From the NCBI GenBank assembly GCA_024137785.1, contig JAHRHZ010000004.1, positions 22,588,005 to 22,652,004 on the forward strand: a DNA stretch of 64,000 nucleotides. The letters run 5' to 3'. Position 1 is the stretch's first letter, and each line of letters opens with the position of its first letter. This document shows, piece after piece, positions 12,036 through 24,262 of this stretch. Made by a program: the position numbers and the translations under genes. The notes under the pieces were generated by a model that saw only the letters and a list, made by a program, of their open reading frames with translations, had not been told where the DNA came from and made no database searches. This stretch comes from Ginglymostoma cirratum (taxonomy: Eukaryota).

Positions 12036-13337
12036 AGCTATGTCAATTTTGAGACATGTGAACAGCGCTTTGCAGGGGTCAAATGAGCTGCACTCCCTTT
12101 TGTCAGATCTCTGCCTAGTAGGATGCTGGTGATTGGTGGCTCAGTGGTTAACACTGCTGCCTCACAGCAGCAGGAACCCAGGTTTGATTCCACCCTTAGG
12201 TGACCGTCTGTGTGGAGTATGCACACTGCCTCCAAAAGGTATGTAGGTTAGCTGGATTGACCATACTAAATTGCCCATAATATCCAGGAATATGTAGGCC
12301 AGGTGCATTAGCCATAGGACGTGCGGGGTTACTGGGATAGGGTAGGGGGATGGGTCTGAGTGGGATGCTCTTCAGAGGGTCAGTGTGAACTTGACAGGCT
12401 GAATGGCCTGCTTCCACACTGTAGAGATATAAACGAATCTATGATTTTACTCTTCTTGTCCTTTTCTGTAAGTTGGTTAACACAACTGACTAACTGGTGA
12501 GACCATTTCAGAGGGCAACTGAAAGCCAACCACATTGCTGCAAGTTTGGAGTCACATATGAGCCAGATTGAGTGAGGAGATCAGATTTTTCCTCTCTAGG
12601 CCAAATCAGGTGGGATTTGTAACATTAACGGAGCAATGAAGTTAACTAATTGATACAGTAGTTCATAAACACAGACAAGTTTGAGTGCGTTAGTTTGGAG
12701 TGCAGTTTATATTTGCATCCATTTGGTAATCCCAACACCCCCCTCGACTTTTTCTCAAACATGGCAAACACTTTCATTTTCATTGGCCTTCAGACAAACA
12801 AAAAAATTGGTCACCTTATCCTGGAATTCAACAATGGTGAGGAAACGCTAATCAACATAAAAGGATTAGACACTTTGAACTTCAGCGCAAGGCTGGGAAG
12901 AGACAAAGTTGGAGAGTTTTGATCTCTAATGAGATTAAAAACCCAGCCCTTTAGGGCAGGTTTTCAAATACTGTCCCTATTGTTCAAGCCAAAAAACAGA
13001 AAGCCAGTTGTTTGTGGCTGAACGCAAACCGAGAAGAGAGCAGGTTTCAGGCACCACTTGGCCTCACTTTCTGATGCTATCACGTTCTGTACAATTGATT
13101 CGCTGACAGACATCAATCCCAAAGAGTGGTTTGACAAGGCAAACATTTCATGCTACAACCAGAAAACCTCAGAAAGCCTCAAGTACTAGCAGCAGGAGGT
13201 TGAAGGGAGGCTGCTTGTCATCTCATCTGAAATGAGCATGTCAGTATGACAAAGGCACTCATGTCATCATTACTGTCTTTGAGGGACTAAAGTGTGTACT
13301 GAGCATCACTGCACTATATTAACTGCAAGTTAAAATG
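11514..13337. repeat. Inverted duplication, arms 11514-11648 and 13203-13337
   Basis: gtaatgatgacatgagtgcctttatcatactgacaggctcattccagatgagatgacaagcagcctccctt is the near reverse complement of aagggaggctgcttgtcatctcatctgaaatgagcatgtcagtatgacaaaggcactcatgtcatcattac. Confidence 0.9.
12135..12445 (+). mobile_element. HE1-like V-SINE
   Basis: tRNA-like head ggtggctcagtggttaacactgctgcctcacag..ggtttgattcc; tail ggcctgcttccacactgtag. Confidence 0.8.
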
Positions 13338-13684
13338 ACTAGTGCAGATCTCTGCCTCCTTCTGCACTTCACATCTCAAAACACATCGTGCTTCCTACAA
13401 ATTTACTTCCCTGTTTGGCACAGGTCTTTGCTGTCATGAGAATTGTTGTCTCCGATGCACCAGTTTTACTGATGTTTATACAAGGACAGATGTAGAAGAT
13501 TATTTTTCTCTCTCTTGTATGGGATCTTTGTGCTAATCACGACGAGCATGTTCTTTTTGGGACAAGCATCAGCATGAAACACATCCCAAGTGATGCCTAA
13601 TCAGCAAAATTAACATGTGAATTGGACCTTTTGCTCGCTACACTGACATTCCTTTTAGTTTCCCCTTCAGACACACAGTGGCAG

Positions 13685-13745
13685 TGATAACAAGGTGTAG
13701 AGCTGGATGAACACAGCAGGCCAAGCAGCATCATAGAAGCAGGTT
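13685..13745 (-). mobile_element. Short PLE family A terminal fragment lacking hammerhead
   Basis: gataacaaggtgtagagctggatgaacacagcaggccaagcagcatcatag. Confidence 0.7.
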
Positions 13746-14264
13746 TCTGTGAGGGAAATGGGACTCTGAGTGAACCTCTGGTATTGGCAATACAGGCAGC
13801 AACTCAAAAGGGTAAAGGCAACCACCGTTCCTGCTTTGCAACAGGCAAATCTCTCAGCCCACCCACAGAGCCTGGCATTGCAGTTCACTTCTTGACAAAG
13901 TGTCACTTGTAAACAATCAGACTGCTGTCTGCTGCTCCAACCTCAAGGAATGTGTGTGGAACCTACAAAGTGCAGGACCATGCCGTCTAACCCCAATAGC
14001 TCACCTCCATGAAAAACCCCATCATTATTTTCTCTCCCTAAGGAAGGCGATCCCTTTTATTCTTTGATATTTGGTTTTGTATCAGTATTTCAAGTCTGTG
14101 AACTCCCAAATGATACCTCACTGTTCTTTTGCAGCTGAAACCATTGTTTCCCATGTGCCCTTGAGTGTGGTGGTTTCCATGGTGGTCTCTCTGCCTGACT
14201 TACAGACCTTAAGTGCAGCTTTTGGACACATTGGTGGATCATGTGTTATTGTATTGGACATGGT

Positions 14265-14469
14265 GGCATGGTGGCTCTGTGGTTAGCACCGCTGCCTCAC
14301 AGCGCCACAAACCCAGGTTCAATTCTACCCTCGGGCAACTGTCTGTGTGGAGTTTGTATGTTCTTCCCATGTCTGTGTGGGTTTCCTCCCACAGTCCGAA
14401 GATGCGCAGGTTAGGTGGATTGGCCATGCTAAATTGCCTGTAGCGTTCAAGGATGTGTAGATTAGGTGG
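14265..14469 (+). mobile_element. HE1-like V-SINE cut by gap
   Basis: A/B-box head and V-domain; ends at the N run. Confidence 0.8.
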
Positions 14470-14479
14470 NNNNNNNNNN
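14470..14479. other. Assembly gap (10 N)
   Basis: N run. Confidence 1.
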
Positions 14480-14582
14480 GCTGAGTGAGGAGAACCTTGT
14501 CCCTTTCACTTCTTTCAAGTCAGTTTTTTTGCCTGAGATGTTACCCTCATTAACATCCATCTTTGAGGTTCCTGTGGTATGC

Positions 14583-15045
14583 CCCAGTGCTTCCTATTCA
14601 CATACCCATCCAGATGCCTTTTCAATGTTATAACTGTACCAGCCTCCACCACTTCCTCTGGCAGCTCATTCCATACATGCACCACCCTCTGTGTGAAAAC
14701 GGTACCCCTCAGATCCTTTTTAAATCTTTCCCCTCTCACATTAAACCAATGCCCTCTAGTTTTGGACTTCCCCACCCTCGGAAAAAGACCTTGGCTATTC
14801 ACCCTATCCATGCTCCTCATGGTTTTATAAACCTCTATAAGGTAATAAAACCTCCGACGCTCCAGGGAAAATTGCCCCAACCTATTCAGCATCTCCCTAT
14901 AGCTCAAAGCCTCCAACCTTGGTAACATCCTTGTAAATCTTTTCTGAACCCTCTCAAGTTTTACAACATCCTTCCTACAGCAGGGAGACCAGAATTGCAC
15001 ACAGTATTCCAAAAGCGGCCTAAGCAATATCCTGTACAGCTGCAA
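14583..15045 (-). mobile_element. CR1-clade LINE (HER1-like) 3' fragment
   Basis: ORF 14515..15045: LLEYCVQFWSPCCRKDVVKLERVQKRFTRMLP...FTQRVVHVWNELPEEVVEA. Confidence 0.9.
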
Positions 15046-17694
15046 TAAAATCTATAATCAAAAAGAACACACTACTGTAGATTTACAGAAACAAAAAGGT
15101 TAAACTTTAAAAACTAGCCACTTAGCTGCTCCCCGGCTGTGAACTCCCCCATACAGATTTCTCCAATGGTCAGCTGTGAATTTCACTGTTTGTTTATTAT
15201 TCTTAGAACAAACTCCGATATCCAGAGATACTGGTTTCTAAACAACATGGGCAGTCAGTCATCAGGTTCACGGCTGGGTCAGACAGCTATGCAGGTTTAC
15301 TTCTCCGTTTGTTTCACTTCCCACGTGATCACTGCTTTGTCTCTCTTCCTCCTTTTTTAAAGTGCCATTGTTTTGATCTTCTTTTTCCCCAAAGTTCCAA
15401 AAGGAATGCAACAGGAAATCAGCTCCAACACTGAAAATACCTCAAAAAAAAAAAACGGAACAGCTCTTACAGCCACAACTTTTTCCTGTCCTCCATCTTG
15501 GATTACCCAGAATCAACAAGCACATTTGAGACAGGAAGGAGGACGAATTTCTTCCCTCAAAGGATGAAGACAACCTTGTGGAATTCTCTACTGCTTTTGA
15601 GACTGGGTCATTAAGTATATTCAAAGCTAAGAACGACAGATTTTTTAATCAGTAAGAGAAATAGAGGACGGTGGCAAAAAGGCAGGAAAGTGGAGTTGAG
15701 GGTTATCAGGTCAGCCATGATGATATTGAATGGCAAAATAGATGGGGTGGAAGGATCACTTCTGCCCCTATGGTTTATGAACAGCTTCTTATCCAGGCTA
15801 TTGTACATTGAGTAGTTTGACCAGGGGAAATTTCTGGAATGGAATTCTGGCCACCAAAATTTGAAATTTTCAAATGCAAAACCACATTTAGCACTTGCTG
15901 CCAACTCTCCAGATAGGGAAAGGCGATGAACAATCAAAAGCCTCATGACTGGTTAAATGAAGCGGAATGACACATATATATAAAAAAAACCTCTGCTGTA
16001 CAACATTGTCCCAACGCGCTGTACAGAGGCGGAATGCACAAAATGGATAGCAAGCTGGAGATGTGGCCACATCTGGCCAAAAGCCTGTCCATACAGGTGT
16101 GATTTTGATGAGGGAATGAGGAGGGGATAGAGAGTTGGGAAATTCGAGACATTTATACAGGGAATGCCTTTAGTGCATCCTTTATTTTCACTGCTATGCC
16201 ACTGGTAGCCATGTCTTCATCTTCCCTTGTCCCAGCTGCTGGAATTCCCTTCCTATACCTCCCACACGATGCTCCTTCAAACCTCTCTCTTTAACCTTTC
16301 TTTCAGTTGCTTGTCTTAGCATCAGCGTATATGGTTTGGTCTCTCATTTGTCTGACGATGCTCCTTTTCATTGTTTGTGACTTCCTAAAGGCAGTGCTAG
16401 CACTAACAAGGCAAGGTGAAGGGGATAACAGGAGACTGAAACCGGGTTGGTATGGGTGGTCAGAGGGCTGATGGGAGTTAGCAGAGTCAGGGAGGGCTCG
16501 TGCCATCAACAATTTCAACTCAAGGATGAGAATTTTAAAATGGAGGTGTTGGGCAATTGGGAGCAATTAGGCCCAAGGCCAGGGAAGGCTGGGTGTACAA
16601 AACTTTGCACAGGACATCACACAAGCATCAACTGATGCCTATGGAGGCTGTATCATGTGAAGCTGATGAAGACAGGCTCGGAATAGTGGAGCTGGTTAAA
16701 GTATAAATGGGGAAATCAGGCTGCGATCCCAATCTGTGTGGCTCATTTTTCCAAAAATACCCCACCTTTTCTAGTATTGGAATAGACAGTTTGAGACAAC
16801 TCGCACTTACCTAAAAGTCTGTGTCATGTCCATCTTTTGTAACGTCGAATATTTGTTAAGCAATCTGTTCAAAGATGTTCTGACACACCTGTGGAGTCGG
16901 TGGGACTCAGGCTTGTACCTCCTGGCTCAGAGATAGGGACACTACCACTGCACAAGAACTGTCAGCCTGAATGTATCTGTCTTCACTGGTGTGGAGCCTA
17001 AACATGGACAGAATGTTGCTTTTAGGGACATTTCTGATCAGCCTGTTGAGACACATCTGAAGTCGGTGCGACTTGTACCTGGGCCTCCTGGGCAAGAGGC
17101 AGTGATACTACCACTGTGCCACAAGGGCCCTTGGAGCTTGTCTAATGTGAGAATTGCTGACTATTAGTCACAGACGTTCGTATGGAGTAATTGGTGACGC
17201 AGATTAAATTACTCATGAAAGATGATTCGTCAGATCTAGCACATCTCATTTTCCAAAATCCAAGATTTGTACAAATCGCCCTGTGTAGCTGGGTTTAGCT
17301 CCATCTATAATCCGATTTAAGCTTTTAGTGCAACTGCAGGCTTGGGACTGTAAAGTCATTTGAATAAATGCAATCAAAGTTGGGGAAATGAGCTTGATTG
17401 TCAATCTGTTGCAATCTCTGTTTGGGTAGATTCCCTTTTCCAATTGCAATCTTGTTATCCCAAAATGCTCAGTATTCTCCCACCTGCTCATTTTCCAAAG
17501 CTCTCCAATTCAGCATCCACCCGACACTATAAAATTCATCATTGCCATCCTCTGTGTTTGCCAGCATATTGGTAAAAAAAAACCCTTCCACTTTATATTG
17601 AACTCGCCATCCTTTGACATCACTATCCTCCTCTAATGTCACTTCCTCGGTTGTCTAAGGCTTTGGGACTGGCCTCACTTTGTTCCACTCAATT

Positions 17695-18042
17695 CGTAGA
17701 GGTTTACAAGATAATGAGAGGCATAGATAGAGTGGATAGCCAGAGACTTTTTCCCAGGGCGGAAATGACAATTACGAGGGGGCATAATTTTAAGGTGACT
17801 GGAGGAAGGTATAGGGGAGATGTCAGAGGTAGATTCTTTACACAAAGAGTGGTGGGTGTGTGGAATGCGCTGCCGGCAGTGGTAGCAGAGTCAGATACTT
17901 TAGGGACATTTTAAGCGACTCTTGGATAGGCACATGGATGAAAGTAAGATGTAGGGTATGCAGGGTAGTTTGATCTTAGAGTAGGATAATAGGTCAGCAC
18001 AACATCATGCGCCGAAGGGCCTGTACCCTGCTGTACTATGTT
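17695..18042 (+). mobile_element. CR1-clade LINE 3' end
   Basis: EVYKIMRGIDRVDSQRLFPRAE...FFTQRVVGVWNALP. Confidence 0.85.
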
Positions 18043-18557
18043 CCACTCATGGCCAGACAACATCCAACAATGGCTGCTCTTCCTGCTGTAGCGTTCCCAG
18101 AGACCATGCTCCTGACCAATTCAGGAATCTACACTTGGTCCCCTCATCAGCTTCACCTACAGGCTATTCCAAAGGAATACACAGCATGATCATGTGATCA
18201 GCTTCCACATGCAGACTGACCATGCCCCAGTGTTCCTTCTCTGCACATCCAGTCTCAAAATAGCCATAGTTCCCTTCAGCAGAACGTCAGAATGATTAAA
18301 ATCATCTTTGCCCCCCCACGGCCTAAAGCTCCATTAGGAATTCCTGCTGTTTGTGGGACAAAGGGCTGCAAATGGAGCACCTTTTTGTTTTGGAGGAATG
18401 CAGAGTTTAGTAGGTAATGTTGTTTAGGGAGGAAGCAGTTAGAGATGTAGAGAGATGAGGCCGTTATAGAATTTAAACCTGAGAGGTTAAAATTAGCGAC
18501 ATTGCTTTGGCAGCCTCTGTATCCCTGGTCAGTGTGACAGGCTGGTTGGTGAGGGTC

Positions 18558-18690
18558 ATCTGAGGAAGGGTCACCAAAATGTTCACTCTGATTTTTTCTT
18601 CACAGATGCTGCCAGATGTGCTGAGCTTTTCCAGCAACTTCTGTTTTTGTTCCTGACTCGCAGCACCCGCAGTTCGTTCGGTTTTTATTT
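18558..18690 (+). mobile_element. PLE family B 3'-terminal unit
   Basis: ctgaggaagggtcaccaaaatgttcactctg...cacagatgctgccaga...cagttcgttcggttttt; matches 56080-56215. Confidence 0.75.
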
Positions 18691-18874
18691 AGAATGAGCA
18701 GGTGTTTATTGTGGGCGGAGGATGGGGAGCTGGCCAATTCGATCTCCCTCCCCTGCCCCACTTTCAAGACCGAATCAGGCATTAAGATTCCCGCAACACC
18801 GCACAGCCCTGGCCCTTCCCTCAATCTACCTGCCACAGCAATGTTGAGAAGAAAAACCAATTTCAAGCAGTTGG

Positions 18875-18970
18875 GATAACAAGGTGTAGAGCTGGATGAA
18901 CACAGCAGGCCAAGCAGCATCAGAGGAGCAGGAAGGCTGACGTTCCGGGTCTAGACCCTTCTTCAGAAAA
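18875..18970 (-). mobile_element. PLE family A 3'-terminal unit
   Basis: gataacaaggtgtagagctggatgaacacagcagg...gacgttccgggtctagacccttcttcag; hammerhead core with a GAAA>GGAA change. Confidence 0.8.
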
Positions 18971-20086
18971 TTCCTTCAAGGAGTTGGGCTTGTTGCTGGC
19001 ATTTATTAGCCAGCAACGGTGATGTTGAGCGATCCTCTTGAACCTCTGCAGTGCCATCAAGGAGGGAGTGGCAGAGTTTTGGTGAGGAAATGGCAATATG
19101 CTCCCAAAACAGGATGGGTTTCCACAGACAGGCTCAGCTATCCCCTCTGCTCCCTTGGCCGGCTCCCTATCCTCCACCCACAATAAACACCAGCTCATTC
19201 TAAATGGTCCTAAACCCCAGCAACCAGCCTGTCACACTGACCAGGGATACAGAGGCTGCCAAAGCAATGTCGCTAATTTTAATCTCTCAGGTTTAAATTC
19301 TATTACAGCCTCATCTCTCTACATCTCTAACCGCTTCCTTCCTAAACAACACTACCTACTAGACTCTGCATTCCTCCAAAGCAAAAAGGTGCTCCATTTG
19401 CAGCCCTTTGTCCCACAAACAGCAGGGATTCCTTCAGCTGCCCAAAATCTGATATTTCGGGAGTGCCGCGTTTCTCCACCTGCTGATCCGAAAAGCCTCA
19501 CCTTTTCTATCAGATTTTAGATTTCTTTAACTTTTTTAATTTCTTTAACTTGGCTTGCACATGTTCTCGGTTATACCTCTGTGCCTGTACATGTCAGCAT
19601 TGGGTTGCCTCAGAGGAACAGTGAAAGAATTGCTTTAAGGTGGCTGTAAAGCAGTTTCTTACATTCGGTGGCTACAATAGGTGCTACATAAATGCTGGTT
19701 TTCTTTGTGAAGCATACATACTGCTCCTGTATTGAAGACAACATTAAATACACTCTGTTGTTGCTGATACACAGAAAATACACAACCATGCAAGGCTGAA
19801 TTGCTTTGGCCTCTATGGTGATGCCCACCACAAACAAATAGCTCGATGATAACTACTGTAAGACCCAACAAAAATGTTTGGATTGCAGCGCGAGCTGGCT
19901 TCCAGATAAGAGCAAAGATGCAGGGCCAAAAAAAAAAATTAGCACTTTAAGTTGCTTTAAAAAGAAACAGCACTTGTCCCTGAGTAGGTTGAAAGTGGGT
20001 TATCTACAACTCAAATAAACAGGGGCAAACCTGGCTCCACTCCATTTGCTGGACTCGAACCGATAGGAACATTGGGCTGTACAGGG

Positions 20087-20112
20087 GTGTGTGCATGTGC
20101 GTGTGCGTGTGT
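20087..20112 (+). repeat. Short (GT)n-type microsatellite
   Basis: gtgtgtgcatgtgcgtgtgcgtgtgt. Confidence 0.8.
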
Positions 20113-20946
20113 AAGAGTCTCAAGTAATTATACATCCTTTCTACCAGATCCAATTATAGATAGTAGGTCTCCATAACAGAACACAAGTACAGCTGTGGTT
20201 GAATCATTAAATGGACTGTACAGTGGCTGGAGAGTGGCCTGGTAATTATATACTCCATTGATCAAACCAAATTAGAAAGTGGATAAAGAATTAATCAGAC
20301 AAGATAATCAGGATACTGGTTCATTTCATTTCATGTTAGCTGTGTTACTGATTTGAACTGTAGAGGTCACATCTCTCCAATGACATTGAAGTAAAATCGT
20401 TACATGGTAAACCATAAGCTTGAACCATGAAACAAGAGCTTTCCCCTCTCAAATGTTTTCCAGGCTGTAAATGCCTCATTTAATGGCCGAGCTCTGTTTA
20501 CAATGCGGTCACTGGAGAAGTTGTCAGACAGTCCAGGTGGCCACCATCTGCTACAACATGTGATTGGTCCTTTACGATTAAAGTATTATTTCATAATGCA
20601 AACATGTAGGACCTTTTCGATCTGGTTTCACTTATTGTCTTTTTAAAAACACAATCTCCTAATCTGCACCAAGACCCTCCTGCGAGCTTACTCTGTGTAA
20701 CAGCAGTTAACAAGGTCCATGGAAATGGTTCCATTCAAACGTACCCACGTGGCTCCCTCAGCTTGGGCATTTCTAAAGCCGTTCCTTTCTATACAGTTAC
20801 AAAGTGACAGCTCTTAGAGAGTCATAGCCTTTTCTCGTAAATTCCCACCCTACACCACCAAAATTGGACAGTGAAGGAGGTTATCTCAGAGTACAAAGGG
20901 ACCTCGATCAGATGGGCCAATGGGCCAAGGAGGAGCAGGTAGAATT

Positions 20947-22490
20947 TAGAATCACAGAGTCACAGAGATGCGCAGAACGGAAACAGACTCTTTGGTCCAA
21001 CTCCTCTGTGCCGACCAGGTATTCTAAATTAATCTAGTCCCATTTGCCAGCATTTGGCCCATATCCCTTTAAAACCTTCTTATTCATACACTAGATGCCT
21101 TTTAAATGGGATAGTAAGAACTGCAGATGCCAGAGTCAGACAACACAGTGTGGAGCTGGAGGAACACAGCAGGCCAGCCAGCATCAGAGGAACAGGAAAG
21201 TTGACGTTTCGGGTCGGGACCTTTCTTCAGAAATGGGGGAGGGGGAAGGGAGCTCAGGTAGCGGGGAGTGGTGGGGATTGGTCAGTGAGGTGGGAGGAGT
21301 GGACAGGTGGGAGAGATGATGGACAGTCTGAGTCAGATCAAGGAGGCGGGGATGAGAGGGAGTGATGGTCATCGGATGAGGCCGGGGGTGGGGAGATTTT
21401 GAAACTGGTAAAGTCCACATTGAGACCATTGGGTTGTAGGCTCCCAAAGCGGAATATGAGGTGCTGCTCCTCTAGTTTGCAGATGGTGTCATTGTGACAC
21501 TGGAGGAGGCCCAGGATGGACATGTCACCCAGGGAGTGGGAAGGGGAGTTAAAGTGGTTTGCGACTGGAAGGTGTTGTGGTTTGTCATGAACAGAGTGCA
21601 GGTGCTCTACAAAGTGGTCTCACCAATGTGGAGGAGGCCACATAGGGAGCAGCGGATGCAATAGGCCACATTGACAGATGTGCAAGTGAACCTCTGTCTG
21701 ATGTAGGTGGTTTGTTTGGTGCCTCGAATGGAGGTGAGGTGTAGGGGCAAATGTAGCACTTCCTGCGGTTGCAGGGAAAGGTGCCGGGGGGTGGTGGGGC
21801 TAGTGGGGAGTGTGCAGTGGACGAGGGAGTCGCGGAGAGAGCAGTCCCTACAAAAGGCAGGTAGGGGGTGGGGAGGGAAATATCTCTTTGGTAGTGGGGT
21901 CAGATTGTAGGTGGCGGCAGTGGCAGTGAATGATACGTTGGATATGGAGGTTAGTGGGGTGATATGTGAGGACAAAGGGGATTCTGTCTTTGTTTTTGTT
22001 GGGGGGAGAGGATGTCAGGGCAGAGGCATTTTAAATATTGTATTTCTACCAGCACCACCACTTCCTCTGGCAGCTCATTTCCATACATGCACCACCCTCT
22101 GATGAAAATGTTGTCCCTTGGTCCCTTTTAAATCTTTCCCCTCACACCTTAAACCTATGCCCTCTAGTTTTGGGCTCTCCTCACCGTACCTATGCCCCTC
22201 ATGATTTTATAAACCTCTAGAAGGGTGCCCCTCAGCCTCCAACACTCCAGGGAAAATAGACCCAGCCTATTCAGCCTCTCCCTGTAGCTCAAACCCTCCA
22301 ACCCTGGCAGCATCCTGAACGCTTTCAGGTTTCAGGCCATCCTTTCCAAGGCAAGGAGACCAGGATTGAGTGCAGTATTCCAAAAGTGGCCTAACCAATG
22401 TCCTGCACAGCTGCAACATGACCTCCCACCTCCTACACTCAGTGCACTGACCAGTCAAGGCAAACGTGCCAAATGCCTTTTCCTCTTCCT
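20947..22490 (-). mobile_element. CR1-clade LINE 3' fragment split by PLE (pieces 20947-21107 and 22022-22490)
   Basis: Colinear HER1-like sequence on both sides of the PLE; LVRPLLEYCTQSWSP. Confidence 0.8.
21108..22021 (-). mobile_element. 5'-truncated Penelope-like retroelement (family A, Neptune-like) with GIY-YIG remnant and 3' hammerhead motif
   Basis: Minus ORFs give FTCTSVNVAYCIRCSLCGLLHIGET (GIY-YIG) and KLEEQHLIFRFGSLQPNGLNVDF. The 3' UTR has CTGAAGA-AAGGTCCCGACCC-GAAAC-GTC (21203-21230). Imperfect 15-bp TSD agatgccttttaaat (21093-21107) / agaggcattttaaat (22022-22036). Splits a CR1 3' end. Confidence 0.85.
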
Positions 22491-23934
22491 CAAATATATC
22501 AAGGAAACAGGGGAAGTTTACATATTTCCACTACTCTTTCTTTTCCCAGTGTGGAGAAATAAATTATTTTGGACAATTAATATGCTTCCCACTCTCCTCA
22601 GGACTATTGAGATGGTCCGACACCTTCATAACATTTTGCAAAGGTTTCCCTCCTATGTCCTGTTTCCCTTAATGTTACAAACCCTAGCCTAATACTATCC
22701 CTGAAATACCACTGCCACATGGGCTACACTGATTCAAGGGAAAGAGACAAGAATTGCCTCTCAGGAAAGCCCATGAGTGAGAAAATGTCTTTAGTGTAAT
22801 AAAACATCACGAAGTGTTTTGTGCACAAGTAATTGGACAAACAGGACACAGGTCGGAGTTACCAACCATCCAGGATTGTCCTGGAAAGTACTCCTCATAG
22901 ACTGCACAGCTTCAGCCCAGAAGGCCTCTCACAAGTCAGCCCCTTTAACCTGACCTGTGGGGGGCTGCAGAAAAACACTTTAAAAAAAAAAAGGGGGGGG
23001 GGGTCTTTGACCTTACATCATATCATCCGAACAATCCAGGGGGAAAAAAAAAACAAGATTAAAGGGAACACTGGTCTTGAAGAGTCCAGGAGTTAGCAAT
23101 GAATGTCCAAGGCATACCTGAGAATAAAAAGGGGATTAAAATCAAAATGCTCGCCGTTCCTTCCAACACTTTCAGTATAATCGAGGAGGAAAATGTGACT
23201 GTTTGATTCCAGGAGGGCAACTGGAGGCAGGTCATGTGATGAAACCTCTTGAATGTATCCAGAGTTAGTCACCGAAATAGGCAATAAATGCAAATGGTAT
23301 TCCCACCAGAGGGTAAATAACAACAAGAGGAGAAAATTCCTGACAGCTCCTCTTGTCTTCATTTACGGTAAATTCAATAAAAGGGAAATTTAATGCATGT
23401 CACACATTTAGCAGGCTAAGTCATTTAACGGAAAAGGTTTTGTATTTTAAGCTCTGCTGTAATTTTAACCAAGCTGGGGTCTTTAGTGTGTAGTCTCACA
23501 TGAAGATACTTGTACCAAATGGTGCTCTTTCAGTAAAAGACACACACCTATCCAGTGTGCCGGGATGATTCCAACTGCTGCATTGCTGCAGCTGTGCAGA
23601 ACGGGTACAACAGCGAGTGACTGAGAAACAAGTGCAGTCATTAAAGCGCACAGGCAGAATGACTGAATTGGATGGGAATGCAAATACCGTAATCTGGTCT
23701 CAGTCGGGAATCTGAATAAGACTTGATTTAAGAGCACAGGTTGTTGACAAGCAGACACATCAGGGCTGAGCTCAAGCTCACATTTATTCCTCCCAGTGGC
23801 CATGGACTGCACATATCCCATCTTTCATAAAAGCTGCTGAACACCACATCGCTTTTAGTCCTGTCAATGCAGGTGCTGCTGTTATTGAAACCAATCTATG
23901 TTCTGGCTCTACGACAGCACTGCTCCTTCCAAGT

Positions 23935-24262
23935 TAGAAACTTAAATTCCACTCCAGCAACTTGAAAACATACAGTCAGCTGATGCATAACTCCTGTGTT
24001 GAGGGAGTGCTGCACTGTCAGAGGTGCAATCCTCCTTAAAGGAGAACATTCCATGATACTATTCCAAAAAGAGCAGACATTTTCTTCCTGGAGTCCTGGT
24101 CTTATTGCTTTGTCAGTGTCACATTACCTGGTTGTGGAACTGTACTATCCAGACACCGAGTGCTATGTTTTCAACACCGCAACATTATACAGTACTACAA
24201 AAAGATATCATGCTGGCTCGAAAGTGCTCTGTGACATGAAAGGTGCCATACAAACGCACACC
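23935..24262 (+). mobile_element. DeuSINE/SacSINE1-like ancient SINE (related pieces at ~50250-50350, 51490-51710 and 54150-54480 on -)
   Basis: gagggagtgctgcactgtcagaggtgc...ccatgatactattccaaaaagagcag resembles the recalled Deu domain; the tail is catgaaaggtgccatacaaacgca. Confidence 0.6.

Larger units (their letters stand above)
18338..19432. repeat. Inverted duplication, arms 18338-18737 (interrupted) and 19155-19432
   Basis: 18338-18549 matches the reverse complement of 19221-19432, and 18687-18737 matches the reverse complement of 19155-19205. Confidence 0.9.

Noticed and set aside
11514-13337. DNA transposon/MITE with long terminal inverted repeats
   Set aside because: No TSD or transposase remnant, and the old LINE continues across the left arm, which is incompatible with an element boundary.
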